A DNA stretch of 64,000 nucleotides from Promethearchaeota archaeon (GTDB taxonomy: Archaea; Asgardarchaeota; Lokiarchaeia; Sigyniarchaeales; SOKP01), in the NCBI GenBank assembly GCA_019057795.1, contig JAHLWS010000065.1, positions 64,001 through 128,000 of the forward strand. The letters run 5' to 3'. The notes beneath the pieces are model-generated. The model made no database searches. It had not been told where the DNA came from and saw nothing but the letters and a program-made list of their open reading frames with translations. Within the stretch, counting starts at the first letter, position 1. Every line of letters begins with the position of its first letter. The position numbers and the translations under genes are program-made. Positions 51,557-61,640 of the stretch are shown piece by piece.

Positions 51557-52384
51557 CTAATCTTTTATATTTATACCTTGCTCTTTCAAGCAATCCCTGA
51601 AATATTTGAGAAATTCTTCTAAAACATGTTGGTTATTAATTAATTCACCATATGAAAAGGTTTCATTTGATTTCTCGTTGTGAATTGAGGTTTCGTTAAA
51701 TCTAATCTCGATAGACCATTTAGAATTATGTAATTTTATATTTCTTCCTGAACCGTGATGATCAATAATTAAATCTTCCTTTAACCTCTGTATCATTGCA
51801 AAATCAAGCTTGATAATTAAATTAATATTAATATCATCTGATTGTGGGTTTTTTAAAATATTGTATAATTCTTGGTATTTTCTTTGCTTATGATTAATCT
51901 GATAATCTTGGTGGGTTAAATTTTTATTCATTAACCTAATATACGGCAATGATTCTCCACTCCCCAAAATCTTTGTCTTTCTCATAGTATCTATTACGAA
52001 TTCGACGTATTTTTCTGCCTCTGGTTGCCTGAACGTTTGCTTTAACGATTCAAATCTATGCTGGTAAACACTTCTTTCAATATGGAAATCTTTAACGATC
52101 TCATCATAACTTTTTAAATTCCAAGGGAAATTTTGTTGCATATTTTTATATAGTATTGGAAAGTCGTAAGTTCGACCATCTCTTTTATTCTTAAATATTA
52201 AATCTATACGATTGTTTTCTGCCATCACAACCATACATATCTTAGACAAAACATTATCAGCAAGGTAATGACCTAACTCATAAATTATCGGAATTTCGTT
52301 TTTCGCAAGGTTTTTTGCTATACTTATCATTTTTTTAAGAGTCGTATTATAGGAACGAATATTAGCTTTATCCATGATTAACAA
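51557..52384 (-). CDS. HEPN-like protein, paralogue of 59450-60325
   Basis: YELGHYLADN; RSVYQH (RX4H). Confidence 0.6.
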   Translation of the reverse strand: MLIMDKANIRSYNTTLKKMISIAKNLAKNEIPIIYELGHYLADNVLSKICMVVMAENNRIDLIFKNKRDGRTYDFPILYKNMQQNFPWNLKSYDEIVKDFHIERSVYQHRFESLKQTFRQPEAEKYVEFVIDTMRKTKILGSGESLPYIRLMNKNLTHQDYQINHKQRKYQELYNILKNPQSDDININLIIKLDFAMIQRLKEDLIIDHHGSGRNIKLHNSKWSIEIRFNETSIHNEKSNETFSYGELINNQHVLEEFLKYFRDCLKEQGINIKD

Positions 52385-52706
52385 AACTTAATTTTGATAT
52401 TTTAAAATTCTTATTAACTAGAACACATGTTATTTAGATTAATTAATTAAATTATCAAGCCTTTGATTTGTTTTATTCGAGGAGAGAGTAAGGATTTTCT
52501 CTATAATTGTTATTTAAAGAATCAATTCTTCTATTAACCTACACCTTTATTAAAAAGATTTAACGACGATTCATTTTAGTAATTCCATTATAATAGTGCC
52601 AAATAGCAAAATTTGATTGTTTTTTAAATTCAATTTGATAAACCAAGAAAGATTTTTTAATTTCTAAATACTTATCATTTTAAAATCTAAATATTAGCAT
52701 TTTATC

Positions 52707-53456
52707 ATGTTTGATATCACTTTAAAATCTGTTTATAATCTGGGTCCAGAAAATTCGTGGTTTATTATCGCTCCTATATCATTTGCCTTTAATAATGTGT
52801 ATTATTTAGAGCTCGAGATAATTCCACCATTGAGTGATAAAAGAAAACAAATTGAAGGAAAGTATAAAATAGCGTATATTTATGGTGATCAAAAAACTTT
52901 CATAGATGAAAGATTTCTAAATAGTATAAAAAAAAGAGTTGTAAAAAAAAAGGACCCCGAACAACCGCTCGATATTGATTATAAAGTATGCTTATTGTGT
53001 TTAGAAATAAGTGACCCGTTAGATGCCCAATACTTAATTCGAGCAAAAATGTCAGTAATTAATAAAGAACTAATTGATTCTCTTTTGACATCAAACGTAA
53101 AGAAAAAAGATTTAATTGCTCTAACTGAAAGATTTCTTAAACAAGATTATAAAACTGCTATAAAGGAAGCAGGTATATTTGGGGAATATATAGCAAAACA
53201 ATTTCTTAAAAAATTAAAAAAGAAGTATGTAAGTTATAGTTCCGCAGTTAATCATTTATCAAATCTAAAGAAAACTAACAGGATGAAAATCAATTACAAA
53301 TTAATTGGAAATTTCCTTCATCCAATTTATTTTATCAGAAACGAAGCAATGCATCCAAGTTCAGAAATTCCAATGGACGAGACTACTGCATCCTTAGTCT
53401 TAACAAATCTTTCCGGATTAATTACATATCTTTCTATCAATCAGATAAAATTTTAA
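52707..53456 (+). CDS. C-terminal HEPN-like protein
   Basis: DYKTAIKEAGIFGE; RNEAMH (RX4H). Confidence 0.62.
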   Translation: MFDITLKSVYNLGPENSWFIIAPISFAFNNVYYLELEIIPPLSDKRKQIEGKYKIAYIYGDQKTFIDERFLNSIKKRVVKKKDPEQPLDIDYKVCLLCLEISDPLDAQYLIRAKMSVINKELIDSLLTSNVKKKDLIALTERFLKQDYKTAIKEAGIFGEYIAKQFLKKLKKKYVSYSSAVNHLSNLKKTNRMKINYKLIGNFLHPIYFIRNEAMHPSSEIPMDETTASLVLTNLSGLITYLSINQIKF

Positions 53457-53511
53457 AGAAAAAGAAGCTATGGCTTAACTTTAAGTTCAATTAAAATTAA
53501 TATATGATTAA

Positions 53512-54231
53512 ATGTCGGATAATAACATAGAAAAAATTAGACAAATACTTCATTATAAGGAAAGGGATGATTTATCTGAATTACTTTCTCAATCCAAATC
53601 TAAAGTCCAAGCTTCGTCGTCTTATGGAAGTAAATTAAATTCCATTTTAAGCACATTTGAAATTTACTCATCAATTGAATATACTGAAAAGTTAAGGAAT
53701 TTAAATAAGGAGGAACACGACCTTATTTTTCTTGCAGTTAAAGAAGTTTACCCTATTAGAGATGCTTCTCCAGAAATCATGGATGTAAAATATTACATTA
53801 GTTCCAGTGAGGAAAATAATGATCTCGATTCAGCGGATTCATTATGGGCTAATATTCATCCAGATATTACAAAAGTCTCAAAACAATTATTTAGTGATAA
53901 ACATTATGCACAAGCTGTTTTTTCTGCATTTATAGAAGTGAATTTTCGCGTGAAAAACATAGTTAAGAATAAAATTGGAGAGGAATTAGACGGAAAAGAT
54001 TTAATGTTCAAAGCTTTTAATTTAGGAGATCCAATAATTCAATTAAGTAATTGTTCAACTAAAACAGAAAAAAATATTCAAGAGGGATACGGACATCTAT
54101 TTGCTGGGGCAATCCAAGGTATTCGAAATCCAAAAGCCCATGAAAACATAACAATTGATGAAAATAGGGCAATACACTTTATATATTTAGCAAGTCTTTT
54201 AATGTATAAAATAGATGAATCATATCAGTAA
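53512..54231 (+). CDS. TIGR02391-like (HEPN) protein
   Basis: IHPDI, HYAQAVFSAF, DGKDLM, QEGYGHLFAGAIQGIRNPKAH. Confidence 0.85.
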   Translation: MSDNNIEKIRQILHYKERDDLSELLSQSKSKVQASSSYGSKLNSILSTFEIYSSIEYTEKLRNLNKEEHDLIFLAVKEVYPIRDASPEIMDVKYYISSSEENNDLDSADSLWANIHPDITKVSKQLFSDKHYAQAVFSAFIEVNFRVKNIVKNKIGEELDGKDLMFKAFNLGDPIIQLSNCSTKTEKNIQEGYGHLFAGAIQGIRNPKAHENITIDENRAIHFIYLASLLMYKIDESYQ

Positions 54232-54233
54232 AA

Positions 54234-55358
54234 TTATCCATACCCGTTTCCCTCTTTATTGCCCTTTTTACTTTTCTGTTTTTTTCGCTTGTATTTTTCG
54301 TAGCGAATCCTGTTTATCTCGACTGTCTCCCTTAATTCTTCGATATTCTTAATTCTATAACTCATTACAAGCATTTTATACCGTACTTCGCGCCCCAGCT
54401 CTAATTCGTGGTCGATTAGCTGAACGTGGATGGTGTGCGGAAATTTCCCCCCCGTTCTTACGAGCCCTTTTTTTATTCTTCTGGTTGGTTTTTTGCAAAC
54501 TTTACATTTGTGGGGGATGTATTTCGTTACCGTGTGAATAGGTTCTAAATGCTTAGAATTTACGAACCCCGTTGTCTCGTAGGCGGGCTTTAGTTTTCCG
54601 TCGCCCTTTCTCCACAACGCACAATGGGTAAGGGTATAAAAAAGCGTATGGTAAGCGTCTTCCCTGCTTCCGAAATTAACGTACACCCAATCTTTAAATT
54701 TTTCCCTAAAATCATTCGCGTGTAGCACGTAACCGTACCCTATGTAGTGAAAGTGAGGGCTTAGAATCCGTTTTAAGTCTTGAGTTTCGCACGAACACCC
54801 GTAGTCTTTTTTTCCGCAAGTTCTACACTGCTTAACCCATAGATCGAGTATTAAAACGCCTCCAAATAGTCCAGATTCTTCTAAAATAGTATTTACTACG
54901 CGTTCCCTTCTAAATTTGAGAAATTTATCGTAATCCGTTAGTATTTCCTTCAGTAACTCTTTTGTCGGGCTTAAGGCGATGTGCTTTACCATACCAATTT
55001 TAACACCTTCTTTTAACGCTTTTTCTCTAAGTTCCTTCAATTTCCCGTTTAACTCTCTTGCTCTCGTTGACGAGGCTTGGATAAAACAAGATTCGCAATC
55101 CATTTTGTTGCAATGGTTGTAATGTAGCGTGAGGCTTTTGTATATGTGGTCTTTACACGCGCTAGCTCCTCGAAAAGTGTTGCAATTATCCCTGTACCTC
55201 CCGTCGTCGTGCGTTTTCTCGAAATTTCCGCTCCCCGCGATTATCCAGTTTGCTAATCTCTCGAATTCTAAAGCTTGGTTCTCTTTTATCTGGTCTATTA
55301 CGTTGTATTTGCTTTCAGTTAGGATTTCTACTTCTAAAGCCATTTTTTGTCGTTGCAA
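54234..55358 (-). CDS. Rolling-circle replication initiator (HUH endonuclease) with Zn-binding Cys motifs
   Basis: Motif I-like HIALSP, motif II PHFHYIGY, motif III-like YTLTH; several CxxC. Confidence 0.75.
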   Translation of the reverse strand: MQRQKMALEVEILTESKYNVIDQIKENQALEFERLANWIIAGSGNFEKTHDDGRYRDNCNTFRGASACKDHIYKSLTLHYNHCNKMDCESCFIQASSTRARELNGKLKELREKALKEGVKIGMVKHIALSPTKELLKEILTDYDKFLKFRRERVVNTILEESGLFGGVLILDLWVKQCRTCGKKDYGCSCETQDLKRILSPHFHYIGYGYVLHANDFREKFKDWVYVNFGSREDAYHTLFYTLTHCALWRKGDGKLKPAYETTGFVNSKHLEPIHTVTKYIPHKCKVCKKPTRRIKKGLVRTGGKFPHTIHVQLIDHELELGREVRYKMLVMSYRIKNIEELRETVEINRIRYEKYKRKKQKSKKGNKEGNGYG

Positions 55359-55707
55359 ATTTTTTTGATTTCGTTAGATTTTTGTACTTTAATTACTTCC
55401 AATCGACCTTTAAAAACTGCCCGACAAAATTTCGTGTCACGATATTCTAAATCCTTTATCTCCTAAGAATTCCCCCTTCAATCGTTTTAAATAATCCTTA
55501 GATTCTTAAAAATAATATTAAAGTAATAATAATTAAATTAAATTCAATTATTTATTTCTCAGAATAGATTTAATATCTCCTTAGTCTTATAATATTTTAA
55601 ATCTGTTTTTTTTTAGATTTACTTAATATCATTTTTAAATTTTATTCAAAAAATATTAAAGAAAGAAAGTGTTAATATAAAAATGCATTTCTGTAAATGA
55701 ACCTAAT

Positions 55708-56589
55708 ATGAAAGACTTTTGGAATAAAGAAACCGAAAAAAGATTTTTTAAACAGGCTTTAAAAAATTTCGCGACAGTAGAAAAGTTGTTCTATAAAACT
55801 AATAAGGGTGAATACTTTGCTTATTGGAAAAAAAAATATGAAGGTGAAAGATACACGCTTCAAAGCAGAAATTCATTAATCGGTAATTTTACCGAAAAAT
55901 ATTCGAAAGATTTATTACAGGAAACTGTCCAAGAGAGAAATTTATATGCCGTAAATAATGTTGTATGTAAAGAAATCGGTTTAACTAGAAGATCACCTGC
56001 TGATGTGGTAATTTCAAAAAGGAATCAGATTAATTTAAGACCAGAGGATATAGTTTTAATAGTAGAAGTTAAAATGTCTCTCGTTTGGAACTGGAGGTAT
56101 GAAATAAAAGGATCTGAAAATATTTTTAAATGTGTTGGAGATTACTTATCTCATGCAGGAACCCCCGGATTATTACGTTCAGATTCAATGTTAAAAGCAA
56201 TAGGAAAAAGCATTAATATAAGAGTTTCTGATTTTCAATCATCTAAAATTCCGATTATTATTTTAGGAAATACGCCAATTACAAATAATTATTATGATAA
56301 AGTTGACCATTTAAAAATTGCAGGTATTATTCAAGGTTTTTGCTCAATTAACCCATCCCCTATAAATGATACTACCCGAAATATAAAATCTACTCCTAAG
56401 CATGGATTTATTAGATTTGATAGATTTGACGAGTTTAAGAAGTATATTAATAAAATTATTTCATCTGATTATAACTTCTTTTCTAGCATGAAAAATCGGA
56501 AAGATTTGGGTATAATCATTGAAAAAGCAAATAAAAAACAAACTTATGAGGAAAAAGCTGAAGAATTTCTTAGATTAATACGAAATTAG
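55708..56589 (+). CDS. Putative type II restriction endonuclease
   Basis: PADVVI...IVEVK PD-(D/E)XK motif; directly upstream of an MTase. Confidence 0.72.
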   Translation: MKDFWNKETEKRFFKQALKNFATVEKLFYKTNKGEYFAYWKKKYEGERYTLQSRNSLIGNFTEKYSKDLLQETVQERNLYAVNNVVCKEIGLTRRSPADVVISKRNQINLRPEDIVLIVEVKMSLVWNWRYEIKGSENIFKCVGDYLSHAGTPGLLRSDSMLKAIGKSINIRVSDFQSSKIPIIILGNTPITNNYYDKVDHLKIAGIIQGFCSINPSPINDTTRNIKSTPKHGFIRFDRFDEFKKYINKIISSDYNFFSSMKNRKDLGIIIEKANKKQTYEEKAEEFLRLIRN

Positions 56590-56655
56590 AAAATTTATAA
56601 AATCTTAACCTCTTATTAGTGAATTTTTTATACATATTTTCTTATTATTATTATA

Positions 56656-57570
56656 ATGCCAGTTAATAATAGTAAGGGTACAAAAACAAGTTCATTTGGA
56701 GTCTCTAAACGAGAAGGTCATGACTCGTCCCATTTTTATAATTCTAAATTATATGAAAACATTACTAGACCTAAAATTGTTAAATATATTGATAATTCTA
56801 AATTAATTTCTCCTAAAGTATTGGATCATGTAATTTTAGGAGATAGTAGAGATATGCATTTAATCCCCGATAACTCTATTCATCTTATGGTTACATCCCC
56901 GCCGTATAATGTTAGAAAAGATTACGATGATGATTTATCATTATTAGAATATTTGCATCTACTTGAAGGGGTTTTTAAAGAAACTTGGCGTGTTTTAGTG
57001 CCTGGGGGAAGAGTTGCTATTAATGTTGCTAATGTAGGACGAAAGCCTTATATTCCTCTTCATGCATATTTTATCGAAATAATGTTTAATATAGGATTTC
57101 ATATGCGAGGAGAAATCATCTGGAATAAAGCTGCTTCTGCAGGCGTATCAACAGCGTGGGGATCATTCGCTTCTGCAAGTAATCCATGTCTAAGAGATGT
57201 GCATGAATATATTTTAATATTTTCAAAATTAACAAACAAACTTGAAAAGGAACAAAGGGAAAACTCAATAGAAAAAAAAGATTTTGTTGAGTGGTCAAAG
57301 TCAATTTGGTCGTTTTCAGCAGCTTCTGCTAGGAAAATTGGTCATCCTGCTCCTTTTCCAGAAGAATTACCTCGCCGATTAATAGAATTTTACACTTATA
57401 AGGGTGATGTTATATTAGATCCTTTTATTGGAAGTGGAACAACAGCTATTGCCTCATTAAAGTTAAATAGACATTATATTGGTTATGAAATATCGCCAGA
57501 ATTTGTTAATTTAGCAAAAAAAAGAATTTCAAATGTAAAAGACCAATTAAAAATTGATAATTTCATTTAA
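56656..57570 (+). CDS. N4-C/N6-A DNA methyltransferase, beta class
   Basis: VTSPPY precedes HPAPFP and LDPFIGSGTT. Confidence 0.93.
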   Translation: MPVNNSKGTKTSSFGVSKREGHDSSHFYNSKLYENITRPKIVKYIDNSKLISPKVLDHVILGDSRDMHLIPDNSIHLMVTSPPYNVRKDYDDDLSLLEYLHLLEGVFKETWRVLVPGGRVAINVANVGRKPYIPLHAYFIEIMFNIGFHMRGEIIWNKAASAGVSTAWGSFASASNPCLRDVHEYILIFSKLTNKLEKEQRENSIEKKDFVEWSKSIWSFSAASARKIGHPAPFPEELPRRLIEFYTYKGDVILDPFIGSGTTAIASLKLNRHYIGYEISPEFVNLAKKRISNVKDQLKIDNFI

Positions 57571-57582
57571 TCTTTTAAAGTT

Positions 57583-59307
57583 TTATTCTTTATCCTTTTC
57601 GATCTCTTCCAAAAATCCTTCGGTTAGCAATAAGTTATCTATAAACTTATCAAATTCCTCTACTTTTTTGTCTTCCTCTTCCAATTTAACTGAACATAGC
57701 ACGCAATAATCGGCGTTCGTCGCGATTTCTTTCCCGCAAAACTTACAAAAACTTTTCGCTTCAAGTTTTTTATCTCTTGATAACGTGCCTTCCTTTTGCG
57801 TTTCCTTTTGTTTTTCCGTCCGTTCTAAAATCTCCTCGTTTTTTTCCACGATTTCCTCGTCCGAGAGCCAACTCCTCTTAACGTGTTCCGTTGCCATCGC
57901 GAACGGTTTCTCGATCGAGTTAACTCTAATTAAACATTGCCCCCTTTTTAACATCGATAAGTATTCCTTCTGCCATTCCTTTAAATTTAGTAATTCTTGC
58001 ATTAAGTCTTTTTGCATGTGTACTTGAAACGTAACGAGCACCCCGCAATTTGCTAATATTTCCCTGCTAATGTTAGGGCGGGTCGCGAGCGAAATCAAAC
58101 ATTCCCCAGTCCCCCTCAACAATAACGCGATATCCTCGATGTAAGAAGTGAGTTTTGTTCTACTACTAAGTTCTTGGGGGGCGAAATACTGCGCGTCCTC
58201 TATTATTGTTACGTGCTTAATTCCCTCGTAATTTTTGCTCCCCGTTTCTATGTTCTTGTCCCACAAATATTTTAGCACCATGTTTAAGAAAAACAACGCG
58301 TCTTCTTTTTCTCCCCCTTTGCGGATGATCGAGCTCAAGTCTAATAAAACCCTGTGGTTAAACAGCTCTTTCACGTTAAGACCGCTTTTCTTGTCGAATA
58401 TGTTTTTTAACGTGCTTACAGAATAGCGACGGATTCTATTTCTGATCGCTTGAACGCTTTTTTTCATGGTAAAATCTTCTTGTTTCGCGTAATATTTATC
58501 AAATTCGCTAAAAAACTTGTCCCAGCTCCTATTTTCTTCTTTTGGACAAATTTCGTATAGAATGTCGATAAATACTTTTTCCATTTGAGGCGAATAATCG
58601 ACGTTCTCTAACAAACCCCCGCTTTCGAAGATTTTAAACACCCTTTCTGCGTGAATGTACGGGTCTCCCCCTTCGGGATCGAAAATGTTAATCGAAAAGT
58701 TCTCGCCCGGCTTTAGTATCAGCAAATTGTCGATTTTCTTCTGCAAAAATTGGTATTCCCCCTTAAATTCCGTTAAAAGAAAGGGGATGTCGTATTTTTT
58801 AGTAAAATTCAACAGAAAATGTTGCAAAAAATTGCTTTTTCCCGTGCCCGTCGTTCCGCACACAAACATGTGTTGCGCTAAATCGTCAACGTTGAGGCTA
58901 AATTTATGCTTGACCTTGTGCTTGTCGATAACCCTTCCTATGTTTATGTTACCGATCTTAGACTCGGATTTTGACGGGTATTCCATTATCAGTTCGAATA
59001 TTTTCGGAGATTTAAAAGTGTATAGGAACAAAATGGAAGAAATAACTAAACTTAATTGAGAACCCCCTATAAAAACTATTTCTATAATAGATGACGACGG
59101 CTCTGCCGTAAATATTTCTAAATTAACTATCAAAAAAACGAATAAAATCACAAATATGACTATAATAGCGCAACGCATCGCTATTATCATAATGCTGTGC
59201 TTTATACCTCGTCTTTTACGCTTCTCTTTTGAGTTTGAGTAAAATAAAAACAAAATAAGAGCGATAGGAATAAGCGATAAAATGAAATACGGTAGTAGCG
59301 TGTCCAT
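57583..59307 (-). CDS. Membrane-anchored HerA/VirB4/TraD-like ATPase with C-terminal Zn ribbon
   Basis: 3 N-terminal TM; QHMFVCGTTGTGKS; IIEDAQ; LRGTG...ATRP; CKFC...CVLC. Confidence 0.85.
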   Translation of the reverse strand: MDTLLPYFILSLIPIALILFLFYSNSKEKRKRRGIKHSIMIIAMRCAIIVIFVILFVFLIVNLEIFTAEPSSSIIEIVFIGGSQLSLVISSILFLYTFKSPKIFELIMEYPSKSESKIGNINIGRVIDKHKVKHKFSLNVDDLAQHMFVCGTTGTGKSNFLQHFLLNFTKKYDIPFLLTEFKGEYQFLQKKIDNLLILKPGENFSINIFDPEGGDPYIHAERVFKIFESGGLLENVDYSPQMEKVFIDILYEICPKEENRSWDKFFSEFDKYYAKQEDFTMKKSVQAIRNRIRRYSVSTLKNIFDKKSGLNVKELFNHRVLLDLSSIIRKGGEKEDALFFLNMVLKYLWDKNIETGSKNYEGIKHVTIIEDAQYFAPQELSSRTKLTSYIEDIALLLRGTGECLISLATRPNISREILANCGVLVTFQVHMQKDLMQELLNLKEWQKEYLSMLKRGQCLIRVNSIEKPFAMATEHVKRSWLSDEEIVEKNEEILERTEKQKETQKEGTLSRDKKLEAKSFCKFCGKEIATNADYCVLCSVKLEEEDKKVEEFDKFIDNLLLTEGFLEEIEKDKE

Positions 59308-59449
59308 TAAAACAATTATTTTGATAGAATGTTATAAACTCCTATTTTTTAAATACAATAGTAGAAAGATAGTATTTTTATAGACTAAATTTGATAAAAT
59401 TTTTTACTTGTATTATACCTTCATGATTGACATATAATAAAAAGAGAAT

Positions 59450-60325
59450 TTATTTAATTCTGGAACTAAGGCATTCTAGAATATTTGAAATTGTTTTGAA
59501 GTCTTGTATTGGATTATCATCAAATGCAAACTTCATTATCTTATCAATTCCAAAATTTTGAATATCTATAATAATTTCAAGATTTTGATTACAATTGACA
59601 TTAATTAAAATTCGTGTTACTTCCTTTTTGTTTTTGAAAAAAATAAAATCTGTAATTTTTATAATATTTCTTTCAAGATAGGAAACACCTAATGATTGTA
59701 ATAAAACTTTATGTGTTTTAATTAAATCTAATGCTGATATAATTGCCCCTGTGAATTTATTTCGAGGTCGAAAGGAAGAATTATAAATATGTGAACAAAT
59801 CTCTTGTAAAGCATTTATACATTGAATTTTTGTGTCTTTTTCTTTAACTAATTTTTGAGCTTCAAATTTATCTTTTCTTATAGGGTTTAAATAATTAGAA
59901 GGTGTGATATTCTCGTTTTTATTTATAAATTGAACTTCATTTAATATTTCTTCAGCAATTTCAATATATTGTTGCGCATATTCTTTATTAAAATGGTGGC
60001 TTATGGAAGATTGACCGTGCTGGTAAATATTTCTTTGGTTATGCAAAGCTTCTAATCTTTTAAAATCAGGGATATTAGGGGATTTAGATTTTAATACTTT
60101 ATTATACAGATCATAAAATGAATAAGTTATACTCCTACTACTTTTATTTTTTCTTGTAAAATTTAATCCATTTTCTATAGCGATAATGATACAAATTTTA
60201 GATATTAAATTATCAGTTAAGTAATGTCCAAGCTCATAAAATTGTGGATTATCGGAATTACATAATTCTTTAGCAAAACTAAACATTTTCTTAATTATAT
60301 TTCTCTCTATCTTTTTGTTCGGCAT
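59450..60325 (-). CDS. HEPN-like protein, paralogue of 51557-52384
   Basis: YELGHYLTDN; HNQRNIYQH (RX4H). Confidence 0.62.
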   Translation of the reverse strand: MPNKKIERNIIKKMFSFAKELCNSDNPQFYELGHYLTDNLISKICIIIAIENGLNFTRKNKSSRSITYSFYDLYNKVLKSKSPNIPDFKRLEALHNQRNIYQHGQSSISHHFNKEYAQQYIEIAEEILNEVQFINKNENITPSNYLNPIRKDKFEAQKLVKEKDTKIQCINALQEICSHIYNSSFRPRNKFTGAIISALDLIKTHKVLLQSLGVSYLERNIIKITDFIFFKNKKEVTRILINVNCNQNLEIIIDIQNFGIDKIMKFAFDDNPIQDFKTISNILECLSSRIK

Positions 60326-60409
60326 TTTAATTTTATTCAGACAATATAATTTTATAGGATTTTATTCAAATATTTTTATAATCCGATTATTGTTGAATTA
60401 TTATATTAT

Positions 60410-60745
60410 TTATTTAGTGACTTCAATTCCAAATTCTTCTAAATTAAACATTTTTTTATACCTTAAACCTCCCCCTTTAACAGAAATCGGTTCTACAATA
60501 TTAGATTTTGCCCAATCATTCCAATATTTAACTACTGTTGAATGACCTACAGAAACCTTCTCTGCTATTTTTCTGCTACTATTTTTACCATCACTATCAT
60601 GATATATTGATTGTTTTATATCATTATTTAATACACTAAGTAATACTTCTTTTGCTTTACTCCAAGCTTGAAATTTAGTCCATTTTACAAGTTCTTGTAA
60701 TAATTTTATAATTTGGTCATCTTGTCCTTTATTCATACTTTTCAC
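60410..60745 (-). CDS. Small HTH protein
   Basis: SSRKIAEKVSVGHSTVVKYWNDW. Confidence 0.72.
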   Translation of the reverse strand: MKSMNKGQDDQIIKLLQELVKWTKFQAWSKAKEVLLSVLNNDIKQSIYHDSDGKNSSRKIAEKVSVGHSTVVKYWNDWAKSNIVEPISVKGGGLRYKKMFNLEEFGIEVTK

Positions 60746-61250
60746 CTTTAATTATTTTTGCAATAGCATCGTTTTTGTTTAATTTGTTTTGTAATACTTC
60801 TTTAATTAAGTTAAATAGAAATTTAGTAGTAAAAAACGTAAACCCATAATAATTTAGAAATTTTTTAGCGTTAGGTGTTAATGGATCATCTCTTTCATCA
60901 GGATTTTTATTCCTATAATGATTTATTACAAAAATTCCTTTTAATTCATTAGCTTTAGATGTTATCACCAGTTCTTGTTGAATCCAACTATCTAATTGGA
61001 TTATATCTTCTTTTTTGCCTTGTTTTGTTAGTCCTTTAACTTCTAAAATATATTTTATTCCTTCATGAATAAAAGAAATATCATGATTATTACTATCGTT
61101 TACAAGAACAACATCTTCTAAATTTAATAATTTCAAGCAATATGTAACTGCTTCTTCAAGTGGTTTACCTGTTCCATATAATAGACTTTCAATAATTTCA
61201 AAATGATTTATATTTTCTTTCAATTTTTTAATTTTTTTTATCGTTTCCAT
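60729..61250 (-). CDS. PD-(D/E)XK nuclease-like protein (possibly a C-terminal fragment)
   Basis: GKPLEEAV...HDI...LEVKG...QL. Confidence 0.68.
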   Translation of the reverse strand: METIKKIKKLKENINHFEIIESLLYGTGKPLEEAVTYCLKLLNLEDVVLVNDSNNHDISFIHEGIKYILEVKGLTKQGKKEDIIQLDSWIQQELVITSKANELKGIFVINHYRNKNPDERDDPLTPNAKKFLNYYGFTFFTTKFLFNLIKEVLQNKLNKNDAIAKIIKGEKYE

Positions 61251-61372
61251 ATCTATTATTATAACTGTTATAGTTAATATAACACATAAGCGCAGTTAAA
61301 TAAACTAAGAGTCCTATAATTTTTCGTATAACAGAAAAAGATATATATACTATAATTGTTTCTATTACTATT

Positions 61373-61525
61373 ATGGAAAGTAAAAAAATTACGACTTTAA
61401 TAAAAAGTCCTACTAAGAAAGGAGATCAGTATTATTTCAGTATACCTATAGAATTTATTCGTTCAAAAAAAATTGACCCTGAGAAAAACTACGAAATTCA
61501 AATTTTCTCTTTATCTCAGGACTAA
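61373..61525 (+). CDS. Small AbrB-like DNA-binding protein, 50 aa (not in ORF track)
   Basis: MESKKITTLIKSPTKKGDQYYFSIPIEFIRSKKIDPEKNYEIQIFSLSQD*; G-x-x-Y-F-x-IP swapped-hairpin pattern. Confidence 0.65.
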   Translation: MESKKITTLIKSPTKKGDQYYFSIPIEFIRSKKIDPEKNYEIQIFSLSQD

Positions 61526-61640
61526 AGTTTTTAGTAATTTATTAAAGATATGTGTAGTAAAGAGTTAAAAATTTATAAACATAAATTTCAATATTTAGTA
61601 TAAGAATAAAAATCGAAAAGAATTTATTACTTTTAATAAA

